IMG/VR virus record: IMGVR_UViG_3300043446_005562
Coordinates: 124,001 to 188,000 of that record
DNA length: 64,000 bases
Reading direction: 5' to 3' (one strand)
The position numbers and the translations under genes were made by a program. This document shows, in pieces, positions 9,215-19,800 of the stretch (its first letter is position 1; each line of letters begins with the position of its first letter). The notes beneath the pieces were generated by a model. It worked only from the letters and a program-made list of their open reading frames with translations, searched no databases and was not told the DNA's origin.

Positions 9215-11626
9215 ATGAAAGTAATAAAAAGAGATGGCCATGCAGAGACTCTGCGCCTTGACAAAATCACAAACCGAATTAAAAAACAAACCTACGGACT
9301 GGACACAGATCACGTAGATGCACTTGAAGTTGCAACAAAAGTAGTTTCCGGCCTATATGATGGAATCAGTACTGAAAAATTAGACAATTTAGCGGCTGAA
9401 ACCTCTGCTGCTCTAGCGTACATTCACCCAGACTATTCTATTCTAGCAGCCAGAATCGCAATCACGAGACTTCATAAAACAATTACAAAATCGTTCAGCG
9501 ATACGATTGAACACCTTTACAACTACATTGATCCAAAGACTGGCCAAAACGCTGGCTTAATTTCTGATGAAACCTATGCGGCAGTAAAAAAGAACTCAAG
9601 CACTTTGAATGAGGCAATAATTCACGATAGGGATCTTAATTTTGACTATTTTGGATTTAAGACTCTTGAGAGAAGTTATTTGTTAAAAACAAACGGGCAA
9701 CCTGCCGAGTCTCCGCAACACATGTACATGAGAGTTGCAGTTGGTATTTGGGGCACAGATGTTCAAAATGTTTTAAAAACATACGAGTTATTATCAACTC
9801 ATCAAATGACTCATGCAACGCCAACTCTATTCAATGCTGGCACAAAACGTCCACAACTCTCTTCGTGTTTTCTATTGACAATGCACGAAGACTCAATTGC
9901 AGGTATCTACAAAACCCTAACCGACGTTGCAGCAATCTCTCAAAATGCTGGAGGTATCGGCTTATCAATTTCAAATATTAGAGCAACCGGTTCCTATATT
10001 AAAGGCACCAACGGTACCTCAAATGGAATTGTACCAATGCTTAAAGTATTTAATGAAACTGCTCGCTATGTTGATCAAGGCGGTGGCAAACGTAAGGGAT
10101 CATTTGCAATTTATCTAGAGCCATGGCATGCAGACATTGAAGACTTTTTAGAATTAAGAAAAAATCATGGTAAAGAAGAAAGGCGTGCACGCGATCTATT
10201 CTTGGCACTATGGACTCCAGATCTTTTCATGAAACGTGTTGAAGAGGATGCTGATTGGACCCTGTTTTGTCCAGCCGAAATTGACTGTGAGCTTTGGGAA
10301 ATGTACGGCGAAGAATTTGAAAAGAATTATGTTCGCTTGGAAAAAGAGGGCAAGGGTCGGCATACGGTAAAGGCTAGAGTACTTTGGCAAAAAGTATTAG
10401 AGGCACAGGTTGAGACCGGTACGCCGTATATCCTATTCAAGGATGCAGCGAATCTTAAATCAAATCAGAAAAACCTGGGAACAATCAAGTCTTCAAACCT
10501 GTGTACTGAAATTATTGAATACACCTCAACTGATGAGCAGGCTGTCTGTAATTTAGCCTCAATTCCAGTCAATCAATTCATTGATCTTGGTAAGAGGTCA
10601 GGTAAATTAAGAAAGCACACATGTGAATATAACTTTACTGAACTCTATGAAGTTGCCTATCAGACTGCTTTAAATCTCAATAAGGTAATTGATGTAAACT
10701 ATTATCCAACAGTTGAGACCAAAAATTCAAATCTAAAGCATCGACCGATTGGAATCGGCGTTCAAGGATTGGCTGACACCTTTGCAATCATGGGTTATGA
10801 ATTCACGGGCGAAGAGGCCAAGAAATTAAACAGCGATATTTTTGAAACCATCTACTATGCAGCAATGGAGGCCTCAATTGATTTAGCTAAAAAAGAAGGC
10901 GCCTATTCATCGTATGAAGGTTCACCATTAAGTCAAGGCCAATTTCAATTTAATCTATGGGGAGTAAATGAATCTGAACTCTCAGGCCTCTGGGATTGGG
11001 CAGCACTTCGTAAAAAATTAATGAAGTGGGGCGCTAGAAATTCCCTATTACTTGCTCCAATGCCAACTGCCTCAACTGCTCAAATCATGGGCAATAACGA
11101 AGCGTTTGAGCCGTTTACCTCAAATATTGGTACCCGTCGAACCCTAGCAGGCGAATTCATTGTTGTCAACAAGCATCTAGTAAAAGATCTAGTTGAATTA
11201 GACCTATGGAATGAGTCAATGCGAAATAGAATTATTGCAGAAAAGGGATCAATTCAAAATATCCCAGAAATTCCAGTTGAGCTCAAAATGATTTACAAAA
11301 CAGTTTGGGAAATCAAACAAAAGGATCTAATTGACATGTCGGCTGATAGAGGTAAATTCATTTGCCAGTCTCAATCTCTTAATATTTTTATTAGAGACGT
11401 AAACACCGCTAAATTAACATCAGCTCACTTTCATGCATGGCGAAAAGGTTTAAAAACAGGCATGTACTATTTGAGAACTGAAGCTGCCTCTTCTGCAATT
11501 GCCTCATTGGGCTTGGATTTCAGTTCAAATAAGCCAGAAGTTAAAATTGAACCGATTATTGAAAACTTGGAAAATATAACCTGTTCCCTGGATAACCCGG
11601 AGGACTGTATTGCCTGCGGTTCATAA
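9215..11626 (+). CDS. nrdA: Ribonucleotide reductase class Ia alpha subunit with ATP cone
   Basis: [11 protein letters not shown] cone, [44 protein letters not shown]-terminal [14 protein letters not shown]. Confidence 0.97.
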   Translation: MKVIKRDGHAETLRLDKITNRIKKQTYGLDTDHVDALEVATKVVSGLYDGISTEKLDNLAAETSAALAYIHPDYSILAARIAITRLHKTITKSFSDTIEHLYNYIDPKTGQNAGLISDETYAAVKKNSSTLNEAIIHDRDLNFDYFGFKTLERSYLLKTNGQPAESPQHMYMRVAVGIWGTDVQNVLKTYELLSTHQMTHATPTLFNAGTKRPQLSSCFLLTMHEDSIAGIYKTLTDVAAISQNAGGIGLSISNIRATGSYIKGTNGTSNGIVPMLKVFNETARYVDQGGGKRKGSFAIYLEPWHADIEDFLELRKNHGKEERRARDLFLALWTPDLFMKRVEEDADWTLFCPAEIDCELWEMYGEEFEKNYVRLEKEGKGRHTVKARVLWQKVLEAQVETGTPYILFKDAANLKSNQKNLGTIKSSNLCTEIIEYTSTDEQAVCNLASIPVNQFIDLGKRSGKLRKHTCEYNFTELYEVAYQTALNLNKVIDVNYYPTVETKNSNLKHRPIGIGVQGLADTFAIMGYEFTGEEAKKLNSDIFETIYYAAMEASIDLAKKEGAYSSYEGSPLSQGQFQFNLWGVNESELSGLWDWAALRKKLMKWGARNSLLLAPMPTASTAQIMGNNEAFEPFTSNIGTRRTLAGEFIVVNKHLVKDLVELDLWNESMRNRIIAEKGSIQNIPEIPVELKMIYKTVWEIKQKDLIDMSADRGKFICQSQSLNIFIRDVNTAKLTSAHFHAWRKGLKTGMYYLRTEAASSAIASLGLDFSSNKPEVKIEPIIENLENITCSLDNPEDCIACGS

Positions 11627-11653
11627 TCTGATCAATATTTAGTTAACCAATAC

Positions 11654-11681
11654 AAAGGGAGGAAATTATCCTCCCTTTTTT
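11654..11681 (+). terminator. Intrinsic terminator after nrdA
   Basis: AAAGGGAGGA-aatta-TCCTCCCTTT followed by a T run. Confidence 0.85.
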
Positions 11682-11690
11682 AATAAATAA
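11682..11690 (+). promoter_or_regulatory. Late promoter box AATAAATAA
   Basis: AATAAATAACCTAG; the same extended context recurs on the - strand at 35459 and 59416. Confidence 0.75.
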
Positions 11691-11713
11691 CCTAGTAAAA
11701 ACACGTACAAGTC

Positions 11714-12265
11714 ATGAGAATATTAGAATTTAAAGAATTCAAGCACTTACTATTGGAAGATGATCCTGCGGCACCACCGGCTGATGCTGCGGCTCCGCCG
11801 CCACCGCCTGCTGATGCAGCTGCCCCACCTCCACCGCCACCGCCGCCAATGGATCCAGGCGCGCCGCCTGCTCTACCAGCTGATCCAAATGCTGCACCTG
11901 CCGGCCCAGCCGCGCCAAGTGGCATGAAATTCATTTTTATCCAGGATGCTGAGAATAAAAAATGGCATGGTGCTCACGGAGAAGACGGAGGAACCAAAAG
12001 ATTTACTCAATACGAAGTAACCGCTGACGAATTAACAAAATGGTTAGAAGTTCATAAATTTGACAAGGAAAAGGATGTAGTTTTAGCGGCGCTTGCGGGT
12101 CGTCGACCAATGCCGCAAACTGTGTACACAACCTTCAAGAAAGAGGTTGTAGCTGGCGAATTGGGCACAGACAAGGGAATTTTGGACATTAAATTTGATT
12201 CCGAAGAAAACTTCAGCAATCCATCAACCTCTGATCTTGAAGTAGTTTTCTTAAAATCTAAATAA
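11714..12265 (+). CDS. Hypothetical late protein with Pro/Ala-rich linker; putative head-internal protein
   Basis: N-terminus MRILEFKEFKHLLLE (CTS-like), then a poly-Pro/ADAAAP tract and a globular C-terminus. Confidence 0.65.
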   Translation: MRILEFKEFKHLLLEDDPAAPPADAAAPPPPPADAAAPPPPPPPPMDPGAPPALPADPNAAPAGPAAPSGMKFIFIQDAENKKWHGAHGEDGGTKRFTQYEVTADELTKWLEVHKFDKEKDVVLAALAGRRPMPQTVYTTFKKEVVAGELGTDKGILDIKFDSEENFSNPSTSDLEVVFLKSK

Positions 12266-12999
12266 TGAGAAAATTTAAACGTTTCATATACGAATCAAAA
12301 TTCGATTCGTTCTCTAATATTATTGCAGATGAAATTCTTAGACTTGTAAAGGAGAGCTCTGCAAACAAGAGAACGATAACTCGTGATCTTAATTACGATG
12401 ATCCAGTTTCATTCTTTTTGACTCTGCATATTTCAAGATCCACAACATTTTCACCAGCAAAATCTAAAGCCTTTAAGCAGTTACCTTGGGAAACAATTAA
12501 TTTTGAGAGACGCGGCTTTGTGATTGATGCAAATTCTTATGTGCCAAGCGGCGATGAGGAACCGGAAGTTGAAATGTCAATAATCATTAGTCCAGAGGCT
12601 GAGCCAAATTGCTATCAAGCTCTCTATTTCAAAGTGCTAGACATTATTCGGCATGAAATGGAGCATCTACTTCAAAAGGGAGCCAATCAACAAGACGGCC
12701 ATATTGTTACAACTCGTCAAAAGACTAGATCAGCGGCCGAAGAGTCGTATCGATATTTTTTACTTGCTGACGAAATTCCATCAATGGTCTCAGGCATGCA
12801 CCTAGCTGCAGTTAAAAAGAGAATTCCAATTGATGTGGAATTTGAAGATTACCTATTTCCATTCATTGAATCTGGTTTTATAACAAGAGAAGAGGCGGAT
12901 AAAGTTATTAAAGTTTGGTTAGATTTTGCAGTGCAACATTTTCCGACCGTCAAAGTTAGTAATAATTTTAAATTTTTAAAACCGGGTGAGACTCGTTGA
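12265..12999 (+). CDS. Putative zincin-like metallopeptidase with CTS-like leader
   Basis: IIRHEMEHLLQ (HExxH) plus downstream DEIPS; N-terminus MRKFKRFIYES. Confidence 0.6.
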   Translation: MRKFKRFIYESKFDSFSNIIADEILRLVKESSANKRTITRDLNYDDPVSFFLTLHISRSTTFSPAKSKAFKQLPWETINFERRGFVIDANSYVPSGDEEPEVEMSIIISPEAEPNCYQALYFKVLDIIRHEMEHLLQKGANQQDGHIVTTRQKTRSAAEESYRYFLLADEIPSMVSGMHLAAVKKRIPIDVEFEDYLFPFIESGFITREEADKVIKVWLDFAVQHFPTVKVSNNFKFLKPGETR

Positions 13000-13005
13000 T
13001 ATAAG
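12979..13005 (+). promoter_or_regulatory. Early/middle promoter AAAC-N17-TATAAG
   Basis: Same spacing as the other copies; upstream of the Hc1-like gene. Confidence 0.6.
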
Positions 13006-13025
13006 ATACTAAAAATTGATTGAAA

Positions 13026-13217
13026 ATGAATCCACAATGGTTAGAAGATCTTAAAGCTGCAATGACTCAATTGGAAGCAGAAACCTCTAAGTTCTACGAA
13101 AAGGGTAACAAATCAGCCGGAACACGCGCTCGTAAATCTTTACAAGATATTAAAGCGTTGTGTCAAGCAGGACGTGCTCACATTCAAGAGTCTAAGGTTG
13201 AATCTCCAAAGGCGTAA
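13026..13217 (+). CDS. Histone H1-like (Hc1 family) nucleoid protein
   Basis: KFYEKGNKSAGTRARKSLQDIK signature of the short Hc1-like proteins of Bacteroidota and Chlamydia. Confidence 0.85.
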   Translation: MNPQWLEDLKAAMTQLEAETSKFYEKGNKSAGTRARKSLQDIKALCQAGRAHIQESKVESPKA

Positions 13218-13242
13218 GCTCAAGATTAACAGAATTATCACT

Positions 13243-13275
13243 AGGGGCAAGGTTTTAAAAACTTTGCCCTTTTTT
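13243..13275 (+). terminator. Intrinsic terminator after the Hc1-like gene
   Basis: AGGGGCAAGGTT...AACTTTGCCCT followed by a T run. Confidence 0.8.
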
Positions 13276-13279
13276 ATTG

Positions 13280-13306
13280 AAACTCCACCAACTTTCTTAG
13301 TACAAT
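13280..13306 (+). promoter_or_regulatory. Early/middle promoter AAAC-N17-TACAAT
   Basis: Upstream of the SSB gene; conserved spacing. Confidence 0.65.
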
Positions 13307-13338
13307 TTATAAGTAAACAATAAAAATCATAAAGAACA

Positions 13339-14370
13339 ATGGAAGATCTATTTAATCTCAATCCAGATGATTTCTCAGGTAAATCATCTTCTGCCGCCCG
13401 CAAGATGGACGACAACATTTACAATCCAGGCCCAGACCAAGGCCAAAACGGAATCTACAAATCAGTAGTTCGTTTTATTCCATGGGTAGGAGACCCATCT
13501 AAAAGTAAGTACAAAAAGTACGCAGCTAAATTGGTCAATCCTTTAACAAACGAACGTTTAATCGTGGACTGTCCATCAACCAATGGCGGCCCCTCAATTT
13601 TATGGTCGCTTGATCTTGAATTGAAAAAATTGGCAAACGAGGAGCCAACTGTGGTTGAAGAAATTCGCAAGAATTTTAATCGCTACTACAATTATTACTC
13701 TTGCGTTTACATCAAAAAGGATCCACAATTTCCAGCAAACGAAGGTAAAATCAAAGTTTATTCCTATGGATACACGATTGATAACCTGATTCAGCAAGAA
13801 ATCAATCCGGAAGCAGAGTTAGTCACAACTCAAAAAATCAATCCGTTCTCACTGACTCAAGGAAAAGATTTTGTCCTAGTTATCAAACGTAAGACTAAAG
13901 CCTGGAGAGATTTTAGCTCAAGTAAATTCATGAGTGAAGTAAGTCCGCTTATCATTACTCACAATGGTAAAGAGATTCCAGTTTCAAATGATCCAAAGGT
14001 GATGAGCTTTGTGACTGAGTATTTTAAAAAGAACTCGCCGGATCTAAGCCAATACTTCTACAAAGAGTGGACAGATTACGAATACGAAAAGGTTGCAGAG
14101 TTCATCAAAGCGATTGTGCCTTACAAGCAAATCATTGATAACTTAGTTAGCGGCTTAAAGGATGAAAAGATGAAAAAGTATTTCACCAATTCAAAACCGG
14201 TAAGTCGTACAGCTGCGCCAGCCGGTGAAGACCTAGAATTTACGCCAGCTCCAGCTCAGACAAAGAGCGCAAGCGTATCGGTTGATTTAGACATGGATTT
14301 TGATTCACCTGCTGCAAAAACTTCAGCTAAACCAGCAGACGATCTAGACGATCTTTTTGCAAATCTTTAA
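13339..14370 (+). CDS. gp32: Single-stranded DNA-binding protein, T4 gp32-like
   Basis: VVRFIP, DCPST, NEGKIKVYSYG, NPFSLTQGKDFVL, and acidic tail DDLDDLFANL like gp32. Confidence 0.85.
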   Translation: MEDLFNLNPDDFSGKSSSAARKMDDNIYNPGPDQGQNGIYKSVVRFIPWVGDPSKSKYKKYAAKLVNPLTNERLIVDCPSTNGGPSILWSLDLELKKLANEEPTVVEEIRKNFNRYYNYYSCVYIKKDPQFPANEGKIKVYSYGYTIDNLIQQEINPEAELVTTQKINPFSLTQGKDFVLVIKRKTKAWRDFSSSKFMSEVSPLIITHNGKEIPVSNDPKVMSFVTEYFKKNSPDLSQYFYKEWTDYEYEKVAEFIKAIVPYKQIIDNLVSGLKDEKMKKYFTNSKPVSRTAAPAGEDLEFTPAPAQTKSASVSVDLDMDFDSPAAKTSAKPADDLDDLFANL

Positions 14371-14385
14371 AAATAATTAAGTCGA

Positions 14386-14691
14386 ATGTCAGATAATAAA
14401 GAACAGATCGAGGAAATCAGCGAAACAACTCAACAGGAAGCAACGGCTGACCAAAAAAAGCCGATTGCTACCCTGCTTGGGGCAATAAGCTATGAAAACC
14501 AAAAAGACTATGATAATTTTCTTAATGGTTTAACTCTAGAGCACGCAGCAATTGTTTTAATTACAGCGGCTAATTACGCTCACTCAAAGGGTATATTTAC
14601 TTTAGATGAGTCTGAACTTATTGCAAAAGCAATTAAGCGAATGACAACTAAAGCTGAAGAATCCACCGAAACCTCTAACCCAGAACAATAA
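14386..14691 (+). CDS. Hypothetical protein
   Basis: 101-aa ORF tightly packed in the operon. Confidence 0.6.
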   Translation: MSDNKEQIEEISETTQQEATADQKKPIATLLGAISYENQKDYDNFLNGLTLEHAAIVLITAANYAHSKGIFTLDESELIAKAIKRMTTKAEESTETSNPEQ

Positions 14692-14694
14692 AGC

Positions 14695-15807
14695 ATGAAT
14701 ATAGTAATCGACGGTAATGCCTTCTTAAACGTTGCAACAAGCATTGTTAAGAATATCCTCTCAACGGACAAGCGTATCGGCGAGAAATACTATGTTTCAG
14801 ACTTGATGTCGGACGAAGAGTTTATCTTGAAACAGGCCAGCAAAGATGCATTTAGATCGTTTTCTCTAAACTACCTTGGTAGCATCTTTGCGCCTTTCAA
14901 AGATAATATTTCATCGGTATTCTTTGTATTTGACTCAAAAAGCTGGCGTAAAAAATTTATTAAAGAACACTTTGCTGAACACGGTGAAGGTGACTTTAGT
15001 TACAAAGGCCAGCGCAAATACGACGATAAAATATATCTTTTCTTTGACTACTTTCAAAATGAGATTTTACCAACCCTATCTGACGAATACGGCATTCTAG
15101 CAAATCGTGTTCAAGGCGCAGAAGGCGATGATCTAATTACCTACATTTGTGAAAATCTTAAAGAGGATATCTGTATTTGGTCGGTCGATAAAGATTTGAC
15201 CCAATTGTTGGAAAGCCGTGATCGTAAGGTCATTTTGCTTATGCCAAAGATGATGACTAAATTCAAGAAGATTTTTACAACTGAAGATTTTGATGCAACT
15301 GGCCCAGCGCCGGAAGTTGATCTCTTTAATTTTGAAATGGACTCAATTGACAATTCAACCGTGTCAAATGTGCTAAACGATCTACTTAAAAAGGATTATC
15401 AGCATTTCAAGATTGATCCAACCCTTGATGTTTTGACCAAGGTTATTGCAGGTGATCAGTCAGATAACATTCCAAGAGCTCATCCAAAATTAACTGCAAG
15501 TAAAGTAACAAAGGTTGTTGACACAATCAAGGAAAGAATAGAGTGGACAAACATTAAATCTTTAATTGACCAGAATGACCCGGGTTTCATGAATTCTCTT
15601 AATGAGATAATATGTGAGACCTTGAAAATAGATGAACCTGGTGAAAGCCAGACGATCAGAAACAACATTAACCGTAATCGAACTATAATTAGATTAAGTA
15701 CCTCAGTTTTTCCACAAGAGATTACTGAGGCAATCTCAAAATCAATTAAATTAGAGAATCGTAGACGGTTTAACTATTTTAAATTCAAAAAAACCTATAA
15801 GAGCTAA
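14695..15807 (+). CDS. rnh: 5'-3' exonuclease / T4 RNase H (FEN family)
   Basis: IVIDGN, VFDSKSWRK, YKGQR, AEGDDLI, SVDKDLTQL, GDQSDNIP. Confidence 0.9.
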   Translation: MNIVIDGNAFLNVATSIVKNILSTDKRIGEKYYVSDLMSDEEFILKQASKDAFRSFSLNYLGSIFAPFKDNISSVFFVFDSKSWRKKFIKEHFAEHGEGDFSYKGQRKYDDKIYLFFDYFQNEILPTLSDEYGILANRVQGAEGDDLITYICENLKEDICIWSVDKDLTQLLESRDRKVILLMPKMMTKFKKIFTTEDFDATGPAPEVDLFNFEMDSIDNSTVSNVLNDLLKKDYQHFKIDPTLDVLTKVIAGDQSDNIPRAHPKLTASKVTKVVDTIKERIEWTNIKSLIDQNDPGFMNSLNEIICETLKIDEPGESQTIRNNINRNRTIIRLSTSVFPQEITEAISKSIKLENRRRFNYFKFKKTYKS

Positions 15808-16133
15808 TGAGCGAAAATAAAGAATTTACACCGTTATTCGAACGCGTCCTAATCAAACCAGACAGCGTTGAAACAAAAACAGAGACAGGCATCATTTTAC
15901 CAGTTGAATCACGTAAGCGCCCAAATACCGGCGTCGTTATTTCAATCGGACACCTGGTAGCCGAAAATTCAAAATGTCCAGTAAAAGTAGGGGATAGGGT
16001 TCTCTATCAACGCTATTCCGGACTAGACGTAAAAGTAAATGGTGATTTGCATCACTTAGTTATGGCCAATGATCTTGTTGGCATTATAAATAATACTGCA
16101 AACAGCACAATTGAAATTGCGGACTATGCTTAA
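15807..16133 (+). CDS. groES: Co-chaperonin GroES
   Basis: PLFERVLIKP, KTETGIILP mobile loop, GVVISIG, VKVGDRVLY. Confidence 0.92.
   Translation: MSENKEFTPLFERVLIKPDSVETKTETGIILPVESRKRPNTGVVISIGHLVAENSKCPVKVGDRVLYQRYSGLDVKVNGDLHHLVMANDLVGIINNTANSTIEIADYA
16085..16093 (+). promoter_or_regulatory. Late promoter TATAAATAA inside the groES 3' end
   Basis: Exact T4 late consensus 32 nt upstream of the ATG at 16126. Confidence 0.6.
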
Positions 16134-16704
16134 AAACTTCTCACAATTTATTACTGAAAAACGCGGCGGCACCAAACAGATCTTTTGTGATCTAGACGGT
16201 GTGCTAGTTGATTTCAATCGGGGTTTTAAAAACCTTGAAGCAAACGAGGATAAGTTGACCCCGGAAGAATACAACAAGAAGCACGGAAAACACTCAATAT
16301 GGAAAATAATCGATCCTGAGGGAGAAAAATTCTGGATCAAACTTAAATGGACAAAGGACGGTCGCGAACTATGGGATTACTTAAGTCGCTATAATCCAAT
16401 TATTCTGTCTTCACCAAGCCGTAGTAAGCACTCAATTCCAGGTAAAATGGAATGGGTAAAGCGTAACTTGGGCATAAGTCAAGCAAAGCCAACAACTTCT
16501 GCATCAGATTGGGATCCAGCTAGCCGAATTATCCTAAGTTCAGATAAATTCAAGTTTGCCAGGTCAAAGGACGATATCTTGATTGATGACACTCGTGCTA
16601 AATTAGACAAATGGACTGCTGCTGGCGGAACTGGCGTGTTTCATAATGATGCAACCGATACAATTCGGGTTCTTGAAGAAATATTCACAAGTAAAAAAGA
16701 CTAG
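16126..16704 (+). CDS. HAD-superfamily 5'(3')-nucleotidase-like protein with CTS-like leader
   Basis: FCDLDGVLVDF (motif I), ILSSP, GKMEW, ILIDD (motif IV); N-terminus MLKNFSQFITEK. Confidence 0.8.
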   Translation: MLKNFSQFITEKRGGTKQIFCDLDGVLVDFNRGFKNLEANEDKLTPEEYNKKHGKHSIWKIIDPEGEKFWIKLKWTKDGRELWDYLSRYNPIILSSPSRSKHSIPGKMEWVKRNLGISQAKPTTSASDWDPASRIILSSDKFKFARSKDDILIDDTRAKLDKWTAAGGTGVFHNDATDTIRVLEEIFTSKKD

Positions 16705-16757
16705 TTCTTGGACTTAAACCAAGTGGTGGAATCTGGCCAAATCCGGTCGGCCCTAAC

Positions 16758-16790
16758 AAAAAAGGACTCTTTCGAGTCCTTTTCTTTTTA
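16758..16790. terminator. Bidirectional terminator between the HAD gene and tail sheath
   Basis: AAAAAAGGACTC-tttc-GAGTCCTTTT, flanked by A and T runs, between convergent genes. Confidence 0.85.
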
Positions 16791-16802
16791 TCTAAATTTT
16801 TA

Positions 16803-19800
16803 TTAGAATGATGGAGTAAATCCAGTAGAGTTAGAAGCAAGTTGGCCACCAGCTCTTGTGATAGTGATGCGGTTGATAAATTTGTGAATTCCACGTGGGA
16901 AGTCAACAATAATATCAATGATACCTGCATTGTTCTCAAGAACTTCAACTCCATTATTTGAATCGTCAAATATTACCTCAGCGCTTGCAATACCTCTAGC
17001 ATCTTGAACTGACGCTAAGTAGTTCTTAACTAGGGTTTTAACTCGCATTCTGGTAGTAACATCATTGAAATCGAATAGGAAGTTTAACAAGATTCTTTCA
17101 ATATCTCTTTCAATTGTAACTAGAGCCTCTCTAACGTGGATGTTATTAAGTGCAGATTTTACTCTTTGATAACCTGTGTTATTTGAGAATACCATTACAC
17201 CAAAACCTCTACGTCTAACGATTAGGTTAAAACCGGCTGGCTCTAAGTAGTCACGATCTTCATTTGTTAAATCGTATTCCAATCCAGTAATTTCACCATC
17301 AGTCAAGATACCGCGTTTACCACCAACAATTGAGAAGGTATTACCGCTTGTGTATTTTTTCATGAAAGCATTTGCAACGTACATTGCTGGAGGAATTGAT
17401 TTATTCTTACCATTTTCGTAAATTACAACGTTTGGCATAAAATACGCAGAATAAGATGAGATAGGAATTCCGTTCTTATCGCCAGATGCAAATCCCATTG
17501 TGAAAGCTGGATTTGAACCAAGATCTCCGCCTGTTGAAATTGCTTCAGTTGAAACTAATCGAGTGGTCAAGTCAATAAAGCTTGGATCTACTGATTTTTC
17601 GTATTGTGCAAAAGAGGGTGCATTACAGATAGCCAAGGCTTTTCCGTGATTTGCCGCCAATTGAACAATTTGCTGTTTTGATTGAGATGAAATTTGACCT
17701 TCAAAAGAGTCAATAATGTATCTAAAATCAACAGTCTCATTGTCAGCTAAAGTCGATCCTAAATTACTACCTGTCATTACGTAATCTAGGATAACGTCCT
17801 GACGATCGGCTGTTCCATTAGGATAAAGGTCAACATCTGAAAGATTCATAGCTGGAACAAGGGCTCCTTTAAGATTCTTAACGAAATTCTTGATTCCTTT
17901 GATTGCTCTAATGCTAGAGTTATCAGTATCAAACCAGATTCCTAAATTGTTTTCATCAACTGAAGAGTCAGTTGTGATTGTGTATTTAAGAGTAGTCACC
18001 GTACTGCTAGATGGACCAAATCCAGTTTTTTGAATTTTTTGAGCATATACAGATTTAATTCTTAAAGCACGATTTCTTTCAATTGGATCACCGTTTCCGT
18101 CAACCTTGATTTTTGCTTTAAGGTATTGACCTGGCTTAAAGAAATCGTCAACTAGAGAACGTTTAGTTGCAGAATACGCATATCCAGCAGCAATGTTTGC
18201 AGTGTTAGATTCGCTCTTACTTGGGTTACCGTAAAGAGTTGGATCAACTTCAAAAACAATTTTGTTTGGTGCAAAATAGCTGTATGTAATGAACATGCCA
18301 GTATCAGCTAGGTCGAAATCATGTTTGAATGTTGAAGAGGTTGCATTGGCAATCCAAAGATAATCGCTACCACCGTCTGCTATTGATTCAACGTCTACCT
18401 GATTTGTTCTAGTGATATCTGAGTAAGCTGAGAATACTAAATATTTTACAGAGTTCTGAGTCTTGAATTCGCCATCCGTTCCAAGATACAGCGACTGCGT
18501 ATTGCTTGAAGCGTCTGTGTATTTCAAAAGATCTCCACTCTTGATAAAGCCATTCGAGTATGCATTGTAGAGCTTACTACCCTGAACCGCAATGATTGTG
18601 TCGGTGCCGGTTGTTTTAATGTAAGTTTCACCGCTTGCATAGGTTGCACTATATGTATCCAATGCAAAATAGAAAGTTGAATCGGCTGGCTTAGTATAAG
18701 AAAGAACATCAACTAGTGCAACTGGATTAACTCCAGTAATTCCATCGTCAACAATGTATTGAGTTTTTGAATTGTCAGTTGTGTTTAGTTCGTCAAAACC
18801 ATAACCAACTAGGTCAATTCTTTGTTCAGACATAGCCTCAATTGAAGAACCGCTATCAAATGTTGCATTTGTTAAGTCAATTAAATCAACTTTTTTAGAG
18901 TCAATTGCGCAATAGATTCCAGTTTGAGCAAAAAGGCGATTGAATACGTTATCTATTGAAACTACTGTGCCAGTTAAGTCTCTGAAATCTGGAATAATTG
19001 CACCTTGAGATTTAGCAATTAATTTGACCTCTTTTAGAGAAACGAAATCTCCAATCTTAGAATCAATGATTCCAGCTGCTGTAAAATACTGCTTGTAAAC
19101 AGGGTCGTTTGCTAATTTCAAATAATCTGTCCAATTTCCCTCAACTACAATTAGTTCAACAAAATAGTCAGCAACAATATCGTCAACATTTAAGTATTCA
19201 GGTATTTCAGCCTTATCGCTAAGTAGTCTATAATAATCCTTAACGCTAATGTCATATCCGTTAGTATCAGCTACTCTAACCCAAGCCGTAATATCCTTGC
19301 GAGATAAGTTAACTAGGGTAAAGATCTTGTTTGCGTCTTTGTCAGCTTCTCCATAGGTTCCTGGGCTAACAATATAGTCATCACCAAGATTAATATTTTT
19401 GTACTTACTAACCTGATTACCGTCTGCAAACCATAATTTTTGAGTGTTATAGAAATGCGACATTGAGTCAGAATTGGTGTTTGCTGACCAAGTTGAATTA
19501 TTTGAAGCAGATTCAGTATTAAAAGTTTTAAAATAAGCAATATCTGTATCGCTCACTGGTAAAACGTTCAACGCATAAACTGGTCCAAGTTTCAAACCAA
19601 CATCGATGGTACGATGAAAGTAACTACCATTTTTTTCTAACTTAGTATCAATGTCTCCATATACTGCGTTTAAGGTTCGAGTATCATTTACGAGTACCAC
19701 TGAGTTAATTGGGCCCTTTTTACTTGAACCAATAACTAGTCTGCCAGTTGAAATTGGAAGACTAAGGTTAGTGCTTTCATCAATTTCGATAGTGTATACA

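Noticed and set aside
647-11626. Bacterial chromosome or eukaryotic giant-virus origin, suggested by groEL, S1 and RNR
   Set aside because: These genes are interleaved with T4-like sheath, tube, capsid, protease, baseplate and replisome genes and share phage promoter motifs.
11692-11934. Gly/Ala-rich - strand ORF
   Set aside because: Antisense shadow of the poly-Pro tract of the 11714 gene.
16705-16790. tRNA-like fragments (GTGGTGGAAT, TTCGAGTCC) and two small hairpins
   Set aside because: No acceptor, anticodon or T stems can be paired, and TTCGAGTCC belongs to the terminator hairpin. A small ncRNA cannot be excluded without an Infernal/Rfam search.
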